The notes below the pieces were generated by a model. That model did no database searches and was not told where the DNA came from. It was given only the letters and a program-made list of their open reading frames with translations. A DNA stretch of 64,000 nucleotides from Anthoceros angustus (lineage: Eukaryota > Plantae > Anthocerotophyta). Shown here one piece after another: positions 63,570 through 64,000 of the stretch. Each line of letters begins with the position of its first letter. The stretch's first letter is position 1. The stretch covers positions 258,819 through 322,818 of the forward strand of contig MU008210.1 of NCBI GenBank assembly GCA_010909165.1, read 5' to 3'. A program made the position numbers and the translations under genes.

Positions 63570-64000
63570 ACGATCCTTCAAAATGGCACATGGGAACTTG
63601 CTAAATTACCTCCTGGACATAAGATGGTATCTTGCAAGTGGGTGTTCAAACTCAAGGTCAAGGCAGATGGGACGTTTGACAGGTACAAAGCTCGCCTTGT
63701 TGCTCGAGGTTTTTCCCAAGTACCAGGCCTTGATTACTTTGAAACCTATGCACCTGTTGTTAAGATGGCCACTTTCCGGACCTTGTGCGCTGTAGCTGCA
63801 CATAAGGACTATGAGCTGCAGATGTTCGATGTCAAGACAGCTTTCCTCCATGGAAAACTTGACACGGAGATTTATATGCAGCAACCACCTGGTTATGAAG
63901 TCAAAGGGAAGGAGGACTATGTGTTACGTCTTATCAAGACTTTATATGGCCTTAAACAATCAGCTCTAAAGTGGAACGAAGCTCTTGATGAAGAGCTCCA
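63570..64000 (+). CDS. Ty1/copia reverse transcriptase, partial, open to the window end
   Basis: NGTWELAKLPPGHKMVSCKWVFK...RYKARLVARGFSQVPGLDYFETYAPV...DVKTAFLHGKL...LYGLKQS. Confidence 0.95.

Overview
Eukaryotic plant-type (streptophyte; probably a charophyte alga or non-seed plant, which is an inference) nuclear DNA, almost entirely nested transposons. It holds at least six Ty1/copia fragments, several Ty3/gypsy elements with tRNA-Asp primer-binding sites (Athila-like) and unusually long LTRs, a probable CACTA/CMC end, and one host-type F-box gene. The main signals are: (1) two diverged, intron-containing paralogs of a beta-class amino (N6A/N4C) DNA methyltransferase-like gene at 23.9-29.0 kb (+, with a ParB-like domain) and 61.7-63.0 kb (-), sharing a phase-0 intron at the same codon and an atypical D-x-P-R-G motif IV; (2) a gypsy gag-protease-C5 DNA methyltransferase cassette (57.2-61.2 kb); (3) copia-lineage LTRs with non-canonical AGTT...AACT termini in three independent insertions; (4) a 3.8-kb LTR that appears to carry a protein-coding region in U3; (5) a spliced antisense gene inside a copia 3' region. 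Many 0.5-1.8 kb tandem duplications differ mostly by 1-3 nt indels, and some stretches are stitched mosaics. This suggests a noisy long-read assembly, so frameshift or pseudogene status is uncertain throughout. All domain calls are by-eye motif recognition; no database search was run.
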